A stretch of DNA of 64,000 nt, taken from the NCBI GenBank assembly GCA_050575255.1, contig JBNZDD010013510.1, forward strand, positions 908,924-972,923, in the 5' to 3' direction. This document shows, piece by piece, positions 1 through 12,899 of this stretch (position 1 is the stretch's first letter; every line of letters begins with the position of its first letter). The translations under genes and the position numbers were made by a program. The notes beneath the pieces were generated by a model, which was given only the letters and a program-made list of their open reading frames with translations, searched no databases and was not told where the DNA came from. The stretch comes from Harriotta raleighana (Eukaryota).

Positions 1-236
1 ATTGCCTTTGTCATCCAGGGAGGTTTGGATGCCTTACATTTCACCTTTGTTGGGATGCTTTTGACCTGTGCCTGAACTATCTCCTCTTTGAACACTGCCC
101 ACTGCTCGTTAGTTGTCTTACCCGCCAATTTCTTTTTCCAATCCACCTCGGCTAGGTCCCACCTCAACTCATCGAAATTAGCCCTTTTCCAGTTGAGTGT
201 CCTCACCTGTGATTGTTCCTTATCCCTTTCCATAAT
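1..236 (-). mobile_element. CR1-clade LINE ORF2 fragment (endonuclease-RT linker), 5'-truncated, runs off the window's left edge
   Basis: The minus strand reads openly IMERDKEQSQVRTLNWKRANFDELRWDLAEVDWKKKLAGKTTNEQWAVFKEEIVQAQVKSIPTKVKCKASKPPWMTKA, matching the CR1 pattern NxKxANF..LR..L..VDW..EQW..FK..IP..PPWM. Confidence 0.85.
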
Positions 237-859
237 TTTAGACACGTAATTCAAAAACATAAATCACAAATGAAGTGTACCTTGACTGGCACACTGCTTA
301 ACTCCTCCTGCAGCAAATCAATGTTTTTTGACAATATAAAGCCACATTAAAATCTTTGTGTAAGAGCAGAGATGTTCACTTGAGGTGAGTGCCAGATAAA
401 TAGCTTAAACTCTTTTGGGAAAAAAAAATCCATTGCGGTTATAGCTTTATACGAGATGAAGTAAATTCCAAATCTATGTTTTGATCATTTGCAAAGCAAA
501 TTGCTAAGAAGAGATGTTTCATCATGTGCCTCTCATTGGGCTGGTCTTGGCAGGTATGATGGTACCATGGAGAAATTGATAGTCACAAAGCCGTGATTTT
601 ACTGGTAACAGATGGATGCTTGATGATAAGTTCATTGCAAAGAGAAACGAATTGTTGGGGTGAAATAGCCTCTCATTTTTTAAGATTGTACAAAACTTAC
701 AAATGCTTCTCCAAGGCTTGCAACTTTGCCTTCAGTGGCATAGGGGACACTATACAAATGCAAGTTGTTGTTGTTGGGCTATATTTGAGTCAAGTCGTTT
801 GAGTGCAGAATAAAAAAGTCAACTGTACAGAAACGCAAAGAGATTGTTCAATATTTAAC

Positions 860-981
860 AATAATAGTAATAATCTTTGTATTTGATATAGCGCTTTTCA
901 TGCTGGGAGGACATCTCAAAGCATTTCACAGGTTGTAGTGTAGAATCCGGCAGCCAGTTTACAATGTCCCACAAATAGTCC
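860..981 (-). mobile_element. SINE 3' fragment with L2-type tail and (ATT)n end
   Basis: Reverse complement of ...ttgagatgtc...tgaaaagcgctatatcaaatacaaagattatt, the same tail as the full copy at 63057. Confidence 0.75.
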
Positions 982-1008
982 AAGTATCCAGTTATATTAT
1001 CGTCCATT

Positions 1009-1112
1009 CGGTTCAGACGAAAGGTCATGGACCAGAAACGTTGACTCACCTTCCTTTCTCCACAGATATTGCCTGATCTTCTAAGTGTTCCCAGTGACTT
1101 CTGTTTTTGTTA
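1009..1112 (+). mobile_element. Penelope-like element terminus with degenerate hammerhead core
   Basis: ggtt-CAGACGA-aaggtc-atg-gacc-a-GAAAC-GTT-gact followed by tttctccacagatattgcctgatc..., the same family as the copies at 2058 and 26141. Confidence 0.65.
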
Positions 1113-1622
1113 TCAATTCATATTACTGTACAGATCTGTCAACTTGTTTCTATACTGTAACATACTAGCAATGGATTGAGTACAGGCAAAGGTTATTGCA
1201 ACCAAGGTTTTTACAGATTTTGTTGCAACAAAAAGTTTTCCATTTTAAAAAAAACTACAGCCTTGCTTTTGACTATTTCTTCCACCATTTAAGGTTGCAC
1301 TTGTGTATGATTTATTTACTTTCCAAGAAATGGTTATTTTATAGTTCTAAGTAAGCCCTTAGATCTTCAGCAGAAAACTTTCAACTTAGCACAATACATC
1401 CAGCACATTAGCTCAAGATTGTCTCATATATTTTTTTCTGAGAAAATAACATTGTCAATGCCTGCAGTGATTCAGGTCTATTGACTTCATTCAGAGCTGC
1501 CAGAATCTCTGCAACATCAATCTCTGCTTTCTAATTATTGATCGCATCCAGCTAATGCTGCATTTATGGCTTTTCAGGCAGATGTGGTCTCTTTCTGGGA
1601 TAATCTGTCAATTAATTTATGG

Positions 1623-1900
1623 AGTGTCAGCCTGGCTCAGTTGGTAGCACTCTTGTTTCTGAGTCCCAAGGTTGTGGATTCAAATCCCATGGCAGGACTT
1701 TGAACTCACAGCCCAAGTTGGCACCCCAATGCGATGGCGGAGTGAGCAGAGATGTTGAACTGAGGGCCCGTCTACCTGTTCAGATGGGTGTTAACCATCC
1801 TTGGCATGACTCAAAAGGAAAGTTTCTTAACATCGCATCAATAAGCATCGATATGTTTTGAACATTGCTGGGTGCAAAGTGGAGTGACAGTGTATTTTGG
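1623..1900 (+). mobile_element. DeuSINE (SacSINE1-like) tRNA-derived SINE
   Basis: A box tggctcagttgg, B box ggattcaaatcc, then a Deu-domain-like stretch gatgttgaactgagggcccgtctacctgttcagatgggtgttaaccatcc. Confidence 0.7.
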
Positions 1901-2057
1901 GTGAATGGTGAATGGCCACGAGGGTAAATCTGATGAGAACTGACGTCAGGTGGAATCAAATGATGAGAGAAAATGTTTACTTCTCATAAAATACAGGAGA
2001 AGATTTACCAGGCACAAAAGATGCGCATCTGCAATAAACAAAATTTGCATTGAAAAA

Positions 2058-2221
2058 AATACGCAAAACATTGTAGATGTTGGAAATCTGAAACAAAAAT
2101 AGAAATTGCTAGGAACACTCAGCAGGTCAGGCAGCATCTATGGAGAAAGGAAAACTGAGTCGCGACCCTTTGTCAGTTCTGATGAAGGGTCGTGGACGCA
2201 AAACATTGACTCACTTTTCTG
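2058..2221. mobile_element. Penelope-like inverted (head-to-head) terminal repeat with hammerhead core
   Basis: The left part is the reverse complement of the 26141-26270 family sequence. The centre is the foldback gaccctttgtcag-tt-ctgatgaagggtc. The right part carries CTGATGA plus stem II. Confidence 0.7.
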
Positions 2222-2258
2222 TTTATAAATTGAATTTCAAATATACTTTAATTTAACA

Positions 2259-2312
2259 CACTACTACAACAACATTTAAATAGCACCCTTCATGGGGGGT
2301 AATGACCCAGAG
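2259..2312 (-). mobile_element. Solo L2 3' tail (degenerate)
   Basis: (CAA)n followed by atttaaatagcacccttcatg...gacccagagc, a reverse-complement L2 tail. Confidence 0.5.
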
Positions 2313-4459
2313 CTTTATATGAAGGTCAATTTGACTAGAGGTATTCAATAAAGACTTATCATTTCATGATGATTTTTCATTTAGCTTGTGCATTAATATT
2401 CTTCGTGACTTGAGAAAACTAATGCGAGACTGCTGCAAATGATTTACATTTGAATCTTTAAATTAATCCATTTAAATGGGTTATTCTTTAATGAGTCATA
2501 AAATCAAATACTGATTGACAAAATTTATTAGATGTTATCATGCAAAATCACACAGCAATTTATGGTAAAATAATGTATTCACTTTTTTTGATCAGTTCCT
2601 GAAATTCTTTGATCAGTTCCTGAAATGACAAGCATTACAGATTTTTGGGGGCTTTGTTTAATTCAATTATTTTCGGTACATTATTCCCTTTGGAAATGAA
2701 TGTAAAGAATCGAAACCTTCATCAAGAAAAAGTAATTCAATGTTCATTGCTTTAGTTTTTCCAATATTAATATAGGAAAATTGTAAGTTAATTATTTTAT
2801 CAGATATAACAATTAGCACCAGAAAAGGTGTGTCTGGGGGTAATTTCTGCTAATTTTTTCTCCATTTACAATTGGAGCTAAATTACTGTCTGAATTACTG
2901 TGGGAAAATTAATCTTGCAGATAGTGTTATTGCAGGTTAATCCAGTAGGTAGTTGCTTCTTGTACAGAAGATGGTGAATTCCTAACATTGGGTGAGACGT
3001 GACACTGAAATTCCTTTCGTCTGTTTTTGGGGTGGACATTAGAAGAGAAGAGAGTTTCTCCTAGCATTCCAACCATTCACCCTCCATGTAAGTGAGTCAT
3101 TCACCTCACAGCTGTGCACAAATGGCCTCAATATTGCCTACAAAAGTAGTAATTAATAGGAATAATGAAATCATAATCCTTTCATTTGGTATCATGCTTT
3201 TCACAATAGGAAGATATCTCAAAACGCTTCACCAGGGTTTACTCTTAAAGTGTTTTGACTATGGATTTAATTAAACACTGAGTAATTTTGGTATGATGAT
3301 GTACTATAAAAAGGTACGCTTTTTCCTTTGTACACTGAAGAACTGAAAACTTTGCTCTGCTATTGTCCTGGTCTAAAATGCTGCGGCAAAGTTATTGATT
3401 GTTTCTGCATTCAGCAGAGGCTGGGGGAAATCGATCCTTAACAAGATGTGGGAGCAGCTACCTTACTTCTCCATCATCTTCAAATGCCATGGGAGACATT
3501 GTGTTACACCAGAAGCCTCTATATCACTCGTTCACAACAACAAATTGATTATTGGTACATTTCCATCTGTATACTTCAAACAGTATTGAAACATTTATGG
3601 CTTTAAATGCAGTAAATCTGTACAAAGTATGGCCAGGCAAACTTTATCTTTTTCCCAAAAGGTTACCCCAAACAGTTCTCTGGAAACTAAAATCTTCCAC
3701 AATTTTTTACCTGGCGAGCAGAATTTTTACCTGTTCTTATAATTTACATGATAAATAATTGGATGATATTTCAACTTTGACAACAATTAGAGCAATCGAT
3801 GCAGCTCTCATCGAGGGACATAAGAATTGCTGGAAGCAATGCAGCAGAGCGATAAAGCATTCATACAGATCCTGCCACAAAGAATTGTGATTCATCTACT
3901 ACAGACAAGGAAGCTTCCAATGCAAAGGTGAGCCTGTGGTGAAATACTGCCATCTGAGTCACAAACTGTCCAGCAATTCCTCTGTTGATACTGTATTGGG
4001 GTATATCATGCAGTTTTCTAACTCCCAATAAGCATTCCTTATTAAAGACTATGAAATGCAATTGGGGATTTCAGTAAAATAAAAAATGCGCCTGCAAATA
4101 CACCTGTAAAAAATATTCCCAGAAAATACTGAAGCCACTACATTTTACAGTAGAATCAACGTGAGACGCCCTCTCGCCATGAAAAGCACTATATCAAAGG
4201 CAAGTATTATTATTAATCAGGTCAATGATGTGATTTCTCATCAGTCATTTCTAAAATATTCCGTACAATCTGCGTGTGAATTGTAAAATATTGTACTGTG
4301 TTAATTTTTATTTTGTTGTAAGAAAGAAGTTGAAGAAGTCAATGAAAAATATCTCCAAGAAGTGTGGAGTTTGTGACTAATTTACGAAGGGAGAAAGATT
4401 CTTCTCAATGATGGTCTAATGGCATCTAGAAAGTGTAAAGCCATGGCCAATGTACAGTA

Positions 4460-5070
4460 ACATTAGTACTATGGAAACTCCCTCCTCGTCGGCCTTCCCG
4501 GCTCTTCCCTTCACAAGCTGCAGATCATCCAGGATTCTGCAGCTCATGTCCTCTCCCACACCAAGCTCCGCAACCACATCACTCCCAACCTCTCCCGGAT
4601 CCATTGATTCCCCAAACCCCAGAGGATCGAATTCAAGATCCTTGTCCTCACTTTCAAGACCATTCACAGCCTTATTCCCTCCTATCTCTCCGACCTGCTG
4701 TCTCACTATGAACCTCCACGCCACCTCCATTTAGCGGGCTCTGGTCTGCTCCATGTCCCCCACCCAACTTTCCATACCATCGATGGATGGACTTTCAGCC
4801 TCTCTATCCCCACACTCCGGAACTCATCCCACAGTTCTTTCGCCTCCTTTCCTCCCTTGCCTCCTTCAAGGTTGGTCTCAAGACCTCCTCTTCGATCGTG
4901 CCTTCTGCTGCCTTCTCACCTCTCTCCCTCCCCTCCTATCTCTCTCCTTCCCTCCCCATTACCCTGCCCCTCCCCCTTATTAAGGTCCCAACCTGACTAT
5001 TCAGTGCCTTGGGACATCCTCTGACATGAAAGACGCTCTATAACTGTAATTTTGTTGTTGTGTTGTTGTT
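4460..5070 (+). mobile_element. L2 LINE 3' end: ORF2 C-terminal pseudogene, 3'UTR and (GTT)n tail
   Basis: Translates as YGNSLLVGLPGSSLHKLQIIQDSAAHVLSHTKLRNHITPNLSRIH*FPKPQRIEFKILVLTFKTIHSLIPSYLSDLL, matching the L2 HITP..LHWLP..RI.FK..P.YLSDLL motif. It ends in a stem-loop and gttgttg tail. Confidence 0.92.
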
Positions 5071-5435
5071 GAAACAGTCATTCAGTATGGATGGAGGTTA
5101 ATCAGTTCCATTGTGATTTTCAGCTATCGGAAATGCTTTTCCGAAAATGTCATCCAAACTCCAATTAAGCTGATCGCTTGGTATCTGAAACCAATTAAGA
5201 GGTCCATGTACAATTTTGCTCTGCACACAGTTTGCCTGCAAGTGGAGCTGTGAGCTGCCACCCAAGAGATTGAGGATTAACAGAACTTGACCCACTCCAG
5301 GGAAGTGGAAGGCAGGGGAAACTGGAAGGGAGTCAAGATATTCTGATTGAAGGCCAGATTGGTTACGTAACCTTTATTCTCAGCAACCGTCATCAAATTG
5401 CTATGAGGAAGTTGTAAAGCTGCAATATAACCAAC

Positions 5436-5720
5436 GTGTCAGCCTGGCTCGGTTGGTGGCACTTTCACCTCTGAGTCGAAGGCCTGTTAATTGGAAGTCC
5501 CATTTGGGGGCATAAAACTCAAAATCTAGGCTGACAGTCTGATGCAGTGTTGAGGATGCTCTGCATTGTTGCAAAGTTCCTTTGGTTGAAACCTAGACCA
5601 AGGTTCTGTCTGTCTTTTCAGGTAGATGTTAAACATTCCCATACCATCGAAGCACGTTCCCTAGTTTCCTATTCCCCTTTGTTTTGGCCAGAGGAGATCA
5701 ACGTAAAATCATGCTTACTT
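5436..5720 (+). mobile_element. DeuSINE-like SINE
   Basis: gtgtcagcctggctcggttggtggcact head, then tctaggctgaca...tctgtctgtcttttcaggtagatgttaaacattcccat Deu-like core. Confidence 0.65.
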
Positions 5721-8700
5721 GCAGACGCATTTCGGCATTTCTTAAGAGCCTGATTCTTGAATGAAATGTTGCACTTTTAGGTGAACTTTAAGTGACATCT
5801 GTTTTGCTACTGGCACTGGCAATGTTTATCAGGTAGATTAATCCAACATTAGTCAGTCGGTAACATCTACAGTGATTGGAATGAGTTTCCCTGATAAAAC
5901 AACACATAATTCCCCCGTCATTTGGCTGTGTGCCCATCAGTTTCTTCAGGTTGAATAGGATGGGATGTCTCACCTGTGTCCTCAGAGAGTAGTAATGCCA
6001 TTAACATTTCCAGCAATGTTTCCGCTTCATCAATTATCATTGCAACACCTTACTTTGGGTGTCTGCAGATGTTGGCGTTTGAGACCTGCCATCCTATTGT
6101 ACAAGTATGAAAACAGCTGTAGCAAACTAACAGTATGCACATCACTGAGAGCTAAGCAGATGCTGCCTGTGCTCATATATACATTGAAACAATAAATGCA
6201 AATCATTGCAATGTTGTGTAATGGCAGTGCGATGAATATTGTTTATCACTTGCCTGATGAAATGGGTTCCAAAGACAAGAAGGTCAATTTAAATCCGCAT
6301 ATGACAAAGAGTGTGTTAGTCAACACACCAGCACTGCTAACTTTAAAAGCCATACCTGCCTTTCAATTGATTTAATAGTGTCTTAAGGGATGTTGCTTCT
6401 TCTTCCTCCATGAGCTGCCTCCTAAAGCTCTTGGCACTTATTCAGCCAATGTCAGTGTGCATCAGCCCTGTTCTTTTCCATCTCCAACACTCTAGTTCTT
6501 TGTCCCCTTAATGTTGTTTTCAATGTTTTCTGCAGTCCTCTCCATTTATTTTCATTTGACACACAGCATTACACTCTGGATAGTTTCTGGTGAGATTGCC
6601 TCCTGTTCTATAAGATGTTGACATAAGATACCAGTAGTCTGGTACAATTCTTGCCTCTCTGAGAACAACCCCCAACTTATCCAATGCACGTTTTTGCAGC
6701 CTTCATCATCATTATATTCCAGCCTTCGAAACAGCCCTGGAATAATTTAGAGTTGAGTGTCTCATTATCTGTGATTAATTTGATTAATTTTGATTTGGAT
6801 GCTGATTGCACAGCTACATCCATCAATTCACTGCTGCAGTGAAAACCGAAAGCAGCACATCAACGAATTGATAGAGAATTAAAATATTTGCCTCCAATTT
6901 ACTGTCAAAATAGTTGCCAACAGCAAATCATGCCCATAAATCACTTCATAAATCCCAAACCAGATTGATGTAAAAAATAAAATTAACTTGTAGCTAATTT
7001 TTAAAAACTGAAATAGAGATTAATACTGTACCATCATCTTCCCTCCCAATAATTTCCAAACTCAGATGAACTCAGGATCAAGTAAAATCTCAGAGGCAAT
7101 GCCTTTGCCTTGTTTAAATTGATCTTTTTGATGCCACAGATGGAGAATGAATTCTCTTTAAGGCGTGAGTGTTTTTCCTACTTGAATTCTTTACATCAAG
7201 TTTTTCCTTGTGATGTTCATGTCAATATATTGGAACTTCCTGTTGCCAACAGTCAAAAGTGACTTTAATAATGCATCAAAGTCTAAGATGAGAACTTGAT
7301 TGATTTGAGGGGATGATTATAAGGAATTGAATTGATGAGGACCATTTTCACGATATTCTTTCTGCCGTGATACAGAAATTGTAAAATTTACCTTTGAAGT
7401 CAGGATATTGTCTTGTCAGCATCATCTACAGACAGAATCATCTACTTCAGCATCAATTTAGATTTTAAAAAAATCTGATGTGCTTTCAAAACCTCATGTG
7501 CATTATGCAACACGCATGCTCATAATGTATCTGCGGTGAAGAAATTATAACCAGATTTCAAATTTGAAAACATTAGCTTTGAGATATGTTTTGTGTATCT
7601 ATCTCTAACTGTAATAAAACATAAATCATTTTAGTTAACCAGAGTTCCCTTTTAAACAGTCCAGCAACCTTTATCAGCTATTAACAAATTAACAGTGGAA
7701 ATTTATTAGTAGGGATCAAGAAATAAAAATTTCACCATTGCTGAGTCTTGCTTATACTGTATAAGGGTAAAGGAAAGACTAACGTCCACACCATCTGGAT
7801 CATTGGAGAGATGACATTATCAAGACATGCTCAAAATGCTTTATAGAATATACCGTAAAATAAATTAACTGTCCTGTACACTTGTACAATGGGGTCTAAA
7901 TTATAGCTATTCAAAGCTGCAGTCTTCAATAATGACTCTGTTGTCAATAAAATCCCTTTCTGTGGTCTGGACATTTATTGTGCCTTTACACAGAAATTCC
8001 ACTCTGAAAGTCAGTCATGTCAAAGTTGAGTACTGGTTGTAGAAACTAGTGTGAAGCACTTTTGGTTACTCGAAAACAATTTTACTATCAACTATGAGCT
8101 GTTATTTAATGACTCCCATTGCAAGTACTTACAGTTTAGACCTAGGGTGCATTTTCTACTCCAGCTTTCCTTAAAGGGTGTGCTTTTCCATACCGTAAAC
8201 CTCCAAAGAGGTTTAGCAAAGACCGACAGACCTAAACCAACCCAAATGTGACATCAAGTTTTGGTTCTGCTGTTATATGTAAACAAAAGCATGTTTACAA
8301 GGACTGAATTCAGTGTGAGTGCAGTACATTTTCACTGGATCAACAAGGACTTTATCAACTAGCTCTAAAAGCTCCCAGATGCAAGCATGAACTACATTGC
8401 AGAACAAAATGGGCCAAATAATAAGTGAAGTGCAAGAGTAGCACTTTCATTTCTGATCTGAGACTGGATTACACATAATGCTGTCGCTTACAAGGTGACC
8501 CAAGCCAAGAAATCTTAATCATTCTCTTTGAAGCTAGTTCAAAGAACAGTATCTCCTACTCAGCAAGTAGATTGCATAAAAATAAAAAAAAACATTGATT
8601 TTCAAAGGATCAAGGAAATAAAGAAAAGGACACTTCCGGATGCTGTTTTACCGCACTTGTTGTGAAAGCAAGTTCAAATGAATGTCAGATAAAAGATCCC

Positions 8701-9614
8701 GGTGTTATCCTGGATATTCCAATGTTAAGATAAGATTTTTCATGATGGATGCAAACACTACGATAACTGTAAGTCTAACACTTTCAGACCGAAAATGATT
8801 GCATTGGAAATGCATTTTGAATGTTTTAATCAATCCCCCCCCAAATGACAATTATTTGAGTGGGAAATGTCAATTGATAATTAAGACAGAAAGTGATGAA
8901 GTGATATGAGACTGAGAATCAGGGTTGTGCTGATCTGGTGGCACAGCCTCTCTATTCAATATCTAATGTGCAAAAGTAGGTGTGATTTTATTGTATTTTA
9001 TTAACTTGGGATTCAGAATTTGCAGGCTTTGTGACCTCAAAATATTTCAGCAAATGTTCATTTTTCATCAACGATTTCAGTCCATTAAAGCTCCTTTCTA
9101 GGCTAAGCCACAATGTTTCCTCCTTATCCTATATACTGAATCATGCAGTAGGTATTATGATTAATTTGGTAAAGAATTTACAAAATAATTAACTGTTCTC
9201 AGATTGTCTTTCATTACACACTGCTGCTTTAAGATATTTTGTACGGTACTTTACCTCCCTTTCTACAAATACAAGCTCTTTTGATGGAATATTTGAAAGT
9301 CCAAAATGTAGCATTTGCCTTTGAAAAGACATGTTAAATGTTTGCAAATTGTATTTGCATGGTGGACCTCTATAAGCAATTAATTTTGTATTTGATTCTC
9401 TCAATGGATGTTTGTTAATCTTCTTGTAAGCAGTGTCTGCTAACACATTGCATTCCGCATCTTCCTTTAGAAATGACCTCCATCTTATTAATATTGAGCT
9501 TCAATTGAATCCAGTTTTCATTTAATTTTGTTGCTTTGTTCAAAGCTACTAAGAAGAATGAATCTCTGATTCTGAGGTCAATACCAACAGTCTTCTTGCA
9601 CCTGTACCATTCAT

Positions 9615-9972
9615 GTAGGTTCGTGGTTATAGCACTTGCCTTTCAAGCGAGAAGACCTGTGTTCAATTTCCAGGCAGGGTGAAATGTTAGGCAACTTTCC
9701 GTACTCCACATGCCTCTGCTTTCTTGGCAGTAAGTAGGAACCTGGTTGTTAGTCAATTGGCAGATTGCTTTACCGGGGATTAATAATCTCTTAAAAAAAA
9801 ACACAAAAATAAATAATTTGGTCGCTCACTCCACAACTTTTATGGGACATTGCTATGCACAAATGGTTGTAGCGTTTCCCCCACAAAATATAGTCAATTC
9901 ACTTTACACGATACCATGTGAAGAGCTTTGAAATGTCTCAAAGCCGAAATGCAAGGATTACTATTATTATAT
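9615..9972 (+). mobile_element. tRNA-derived SINE, near full length, diverged
   Basis: Head gtggttatagcacttgcctttcaagcgagaagacctgtgttcaatttccaggcaggg, body colinear with the 63057 copy, ends in tgcaaggattactattattat. Confidence 0.8.
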
Positions 9973-10610
9973 TCTCCTGAATTAGCTGTAACTGTATTTT
10001 CTGTATCTTGAATTCTGAATGCCTGACTTTAGTAAATAACTAGGATTTTACTAGTGGCAGTGACAAATGATTCCTTTCACTGGCAATTGCTGTTTAACCT
10101 GCATATTATAGTACCAAGTCCACTGGAAGCAATGAAAAGTTCCACATTGTTTGCTGTTTGTAAATTCAGATTTCTCTCTCCCTGTTTTACTCATTGGAAT
10201 GTTACTGCATCCAATGGTGATTCTGGTTTTTCCGTGCACATTTACTTCATCTATTCTGTAAATGTTAGTTATGGACAATGCCCAATACAACTCAGAAGAA
10301 GAAGAATATTTGCAGTCGTAATTAACGTCAAGGTCTGGCTGTGATTTGTCCACTATTGTTTAAGATCACGATTAGCTTACTGAATTCACGTGGCTTGGCT
10401 TCATTTCTTAATTTTGTCATAATAATCCATTGAATCACTGAATTTTTAATGTTGGAAGCCTGCCTGCCCAAGTTCTATTCCTGCGGGGAATGAAGAAAGC
10501 TTTTCAGGCATTCCATCAGTCTTCTCAGCCTCTCTGTCTCCTTGTTCTTTTCACTGGTAACCTCATACCACCAACTCAGAATATTTACTCAAACTTGAAA
10601 TGGTGCTAAC

Positions 10611-10770
10611 CATAGAACTGTGACAATTTACAATAGAGAAGAACATTCGACCCATCATGTCTGTGTCAATCCTTTAAGAGTAATCCTTTCAGTCCCATTT
10701 CCCTGCCCTATCGCCATACCACTCTAGGTAACTTCTTTTAAGGTATTTACCTTGTTCCTTTTTGAAAGCA
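10611..10770 (-). mobile_element. CR1 3' end
   Basis: catagaa...cattcgacccatcatgtctgtg...agtcccatttccctgccctatcgccata, a reverse-complement shark-type CR1 3'UTR homologous to the copy at 32730. Confidence 0.65.
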
Positions 10771-11581
10771 AGGAAACCTTCTTGCCTGCCATGTTAGTGC
10801 TCTTCACAAATGTGCACTGAAAATATACATCCTCCAAAAATATGCTAATAGTGAATTTCCCTTTAAATATTTATTGTTGGATCCATATGTTTACTATTCC
10901 GGTTTTATATTGATAGACTATGACTTTTTTTGCTATTAATTCTTCATAAGATTAATCAAGTAAAAGTAAAAACTTGCTGTTTACCGAACGTTTTGATAGC
11001 AGGCTTTTCCAGGTTAAATATTTAACGAGCCATTTTATTTTAACTGCACAAAATACGGTGCTTGAAGAAAATGAAGCAGTGAAATCTCCTTCCCAGGTAC
11101 TAATCCCTCAAAGTTCTAAGGCAATAACTGCTCTCATTTAGCAAACTCTCATTAGAATTGCTAATTTAGAAACATGCATGGTGCTGTGACTATTCCACAA
11201 TGAAGTTTGCAGTTTAAAAGCACAGCCCAAGCAAAAATGATTTCAGTTTAACATTCAAACAAATGCGAAATGCCTACCAAGTATAACAAACACATTGCAT
11301 GCTAGAATACACAGGTAAATGAATCGCTTCTTTACAATTTTGGCAGGCATTTTCTCAGCTTGCAGAGAAGAAACAGAACCACCTTGTTCTGTCTGCTGGG
11401 TTCGAGAGGCAGAGCAGCAGTAAATCAAATCACTCAAGCCACACCATTCCCAGGACTTTGATAGTGATAAAGGTATGGCCGTGACTTATTAAGTATGATT
11501 TAGCTTATTCTTTGTTCATGATTTGAACCTTTGGAATACCAAATTCCTCTACCACTTTGAATAGCACGGATCTTAATACAG

Positions 11582-11882
11582 TATTAATAATCCTTGCATT
11601 TTGATACAACGCTTTTCACATCGACAGAATATACTGTAAAGTGAATTGACTGTATATTTGTGGGTGAAATGCAGCAACCAATTCCTCACAGCAGTGTTCC
11701 CACAAACAGTCATGGATTGAAATGACCAATTTTTATTCTTGTGTTTTTTCTGGACGGATTATTACTATTAGGCGTGTAGTGTAAGGAAACTTGCCCAAGG
11801 TTTCGCCCTGATCTGCCTGGATTCGAATACAGGTCGCACACTTGTAAAACAAGTGCTCTAATCACTGAGCTACAGGAGCTCC
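11582..11882 (-). mobile_element. tRNA-derived SINE, full length
   Basis: The reverse complement begins ggagctcctgtagctcagtgattagagcacttg, has B box gtattcgaatcc, and ends in tgcaaggattattaat. Confidence 0.88.
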
Positions 11883-12818
11883 ACAGTGTTATTGTCTAAC
11901 ATTTACAATCTTACTCAAATTCATCAGGTTAATATTTCATCCCACCCCCAAATAATCTTTATTCATAAACAGTCAACATTTATGCAGTAAATTACATTTC
12001 TAAGTCCCTAAGAGCTATCAGAAGAGCACGCCATTGTTATTGACCTTCTCTTCACCAACATACATGATGGACCGGGCGAGCTCTTCGTTTGCTTGTCAAA
12101 TGCCCCAATTGAAATTTGTCAAGAGAAATGAATTAAAGCAAAAACAAAAGCAAAATAGTGTAACCTATGTTCAGATTGGACAGACCATAGTCCATTCTTG
12201 CCAATTTGAAGGGAAAATTTAACCCAGATCTTATTTGCTTTGCCCCATGACTGTTAATTTATTTTGTGTTGATGTAACTCAGAACATAGTGCTACTGTAG
12301 TGAGCGTTGGACATGAGCAAGATTTCTATTTTCTGGTTGTTTACAGAGCTAGTCACAAAGGTATTCACTTTAACTGAATCAGCTGCACAAAACGATCTTT
12401 GTAACTCACATTGTACCCTCGTGACATGCATTGTATAATTAATGCATCGAATAGCAGTCTGAATTTGATGAAAATGTAGACTGAGGGGCGAAGGGTTGAG
12501 AATGAAGTACTAAATATTCTATTTTGCCTGCAGTGTGCAATTATACTATCTGTCACACAATAACTTGACAAAATATTTGGTATAATTACCAGGCAGAACA
12601 TGGTAATAAGGAGATGAAATAAAAAGTACAGTTTGTTCCATTTATTTTAAATGAAGTACAGTAGCCTTTCTTTGATCTATCTCTGTCGTAATTAAGTAAT
12701 AATGACTGTGCATGTGTGTGATCATTGTCAAACTACGGATGAGCTTGTTCACTGAAGGTCCATCATTTCTTGCGAGTAGCCACGGCCTGTTCCAATCCCC
12801 AGGGACGTCAAGAAGCAT

Positions 12819-12819
<1 letters not shown>

Positions 12820-12899
<80 letters not shown>
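12820..12899. repeat. 80-nt poly-C homopolymer
   Basis: Direct count. It generates the spurious poly-Pro and poly-Gly ORFs at 12642-12979. Confidence 0.95.

Noticed and set aside
3816-3928. Possible exon ELLEAMQQSDKAFIQ... ending at AAG|GTGAGC
   Set aside because: No polypyrimidine acceptor, and the peptide is not recognised.
4416-4996. Cluster of overlapping ORFs
   Set aside because: These are alternative and antisense frames of the L2 fragment; the true ORF2 frame has an internal stop.
6640-6850. Possible ancient RT relic (gatgctgattgcacagcta resembling YADDTQL)
   Set aside because: Needs frameshifts, and the upstream PQGS motif is not recoverable; a profile search (nhmmer/Dfam) would be required.
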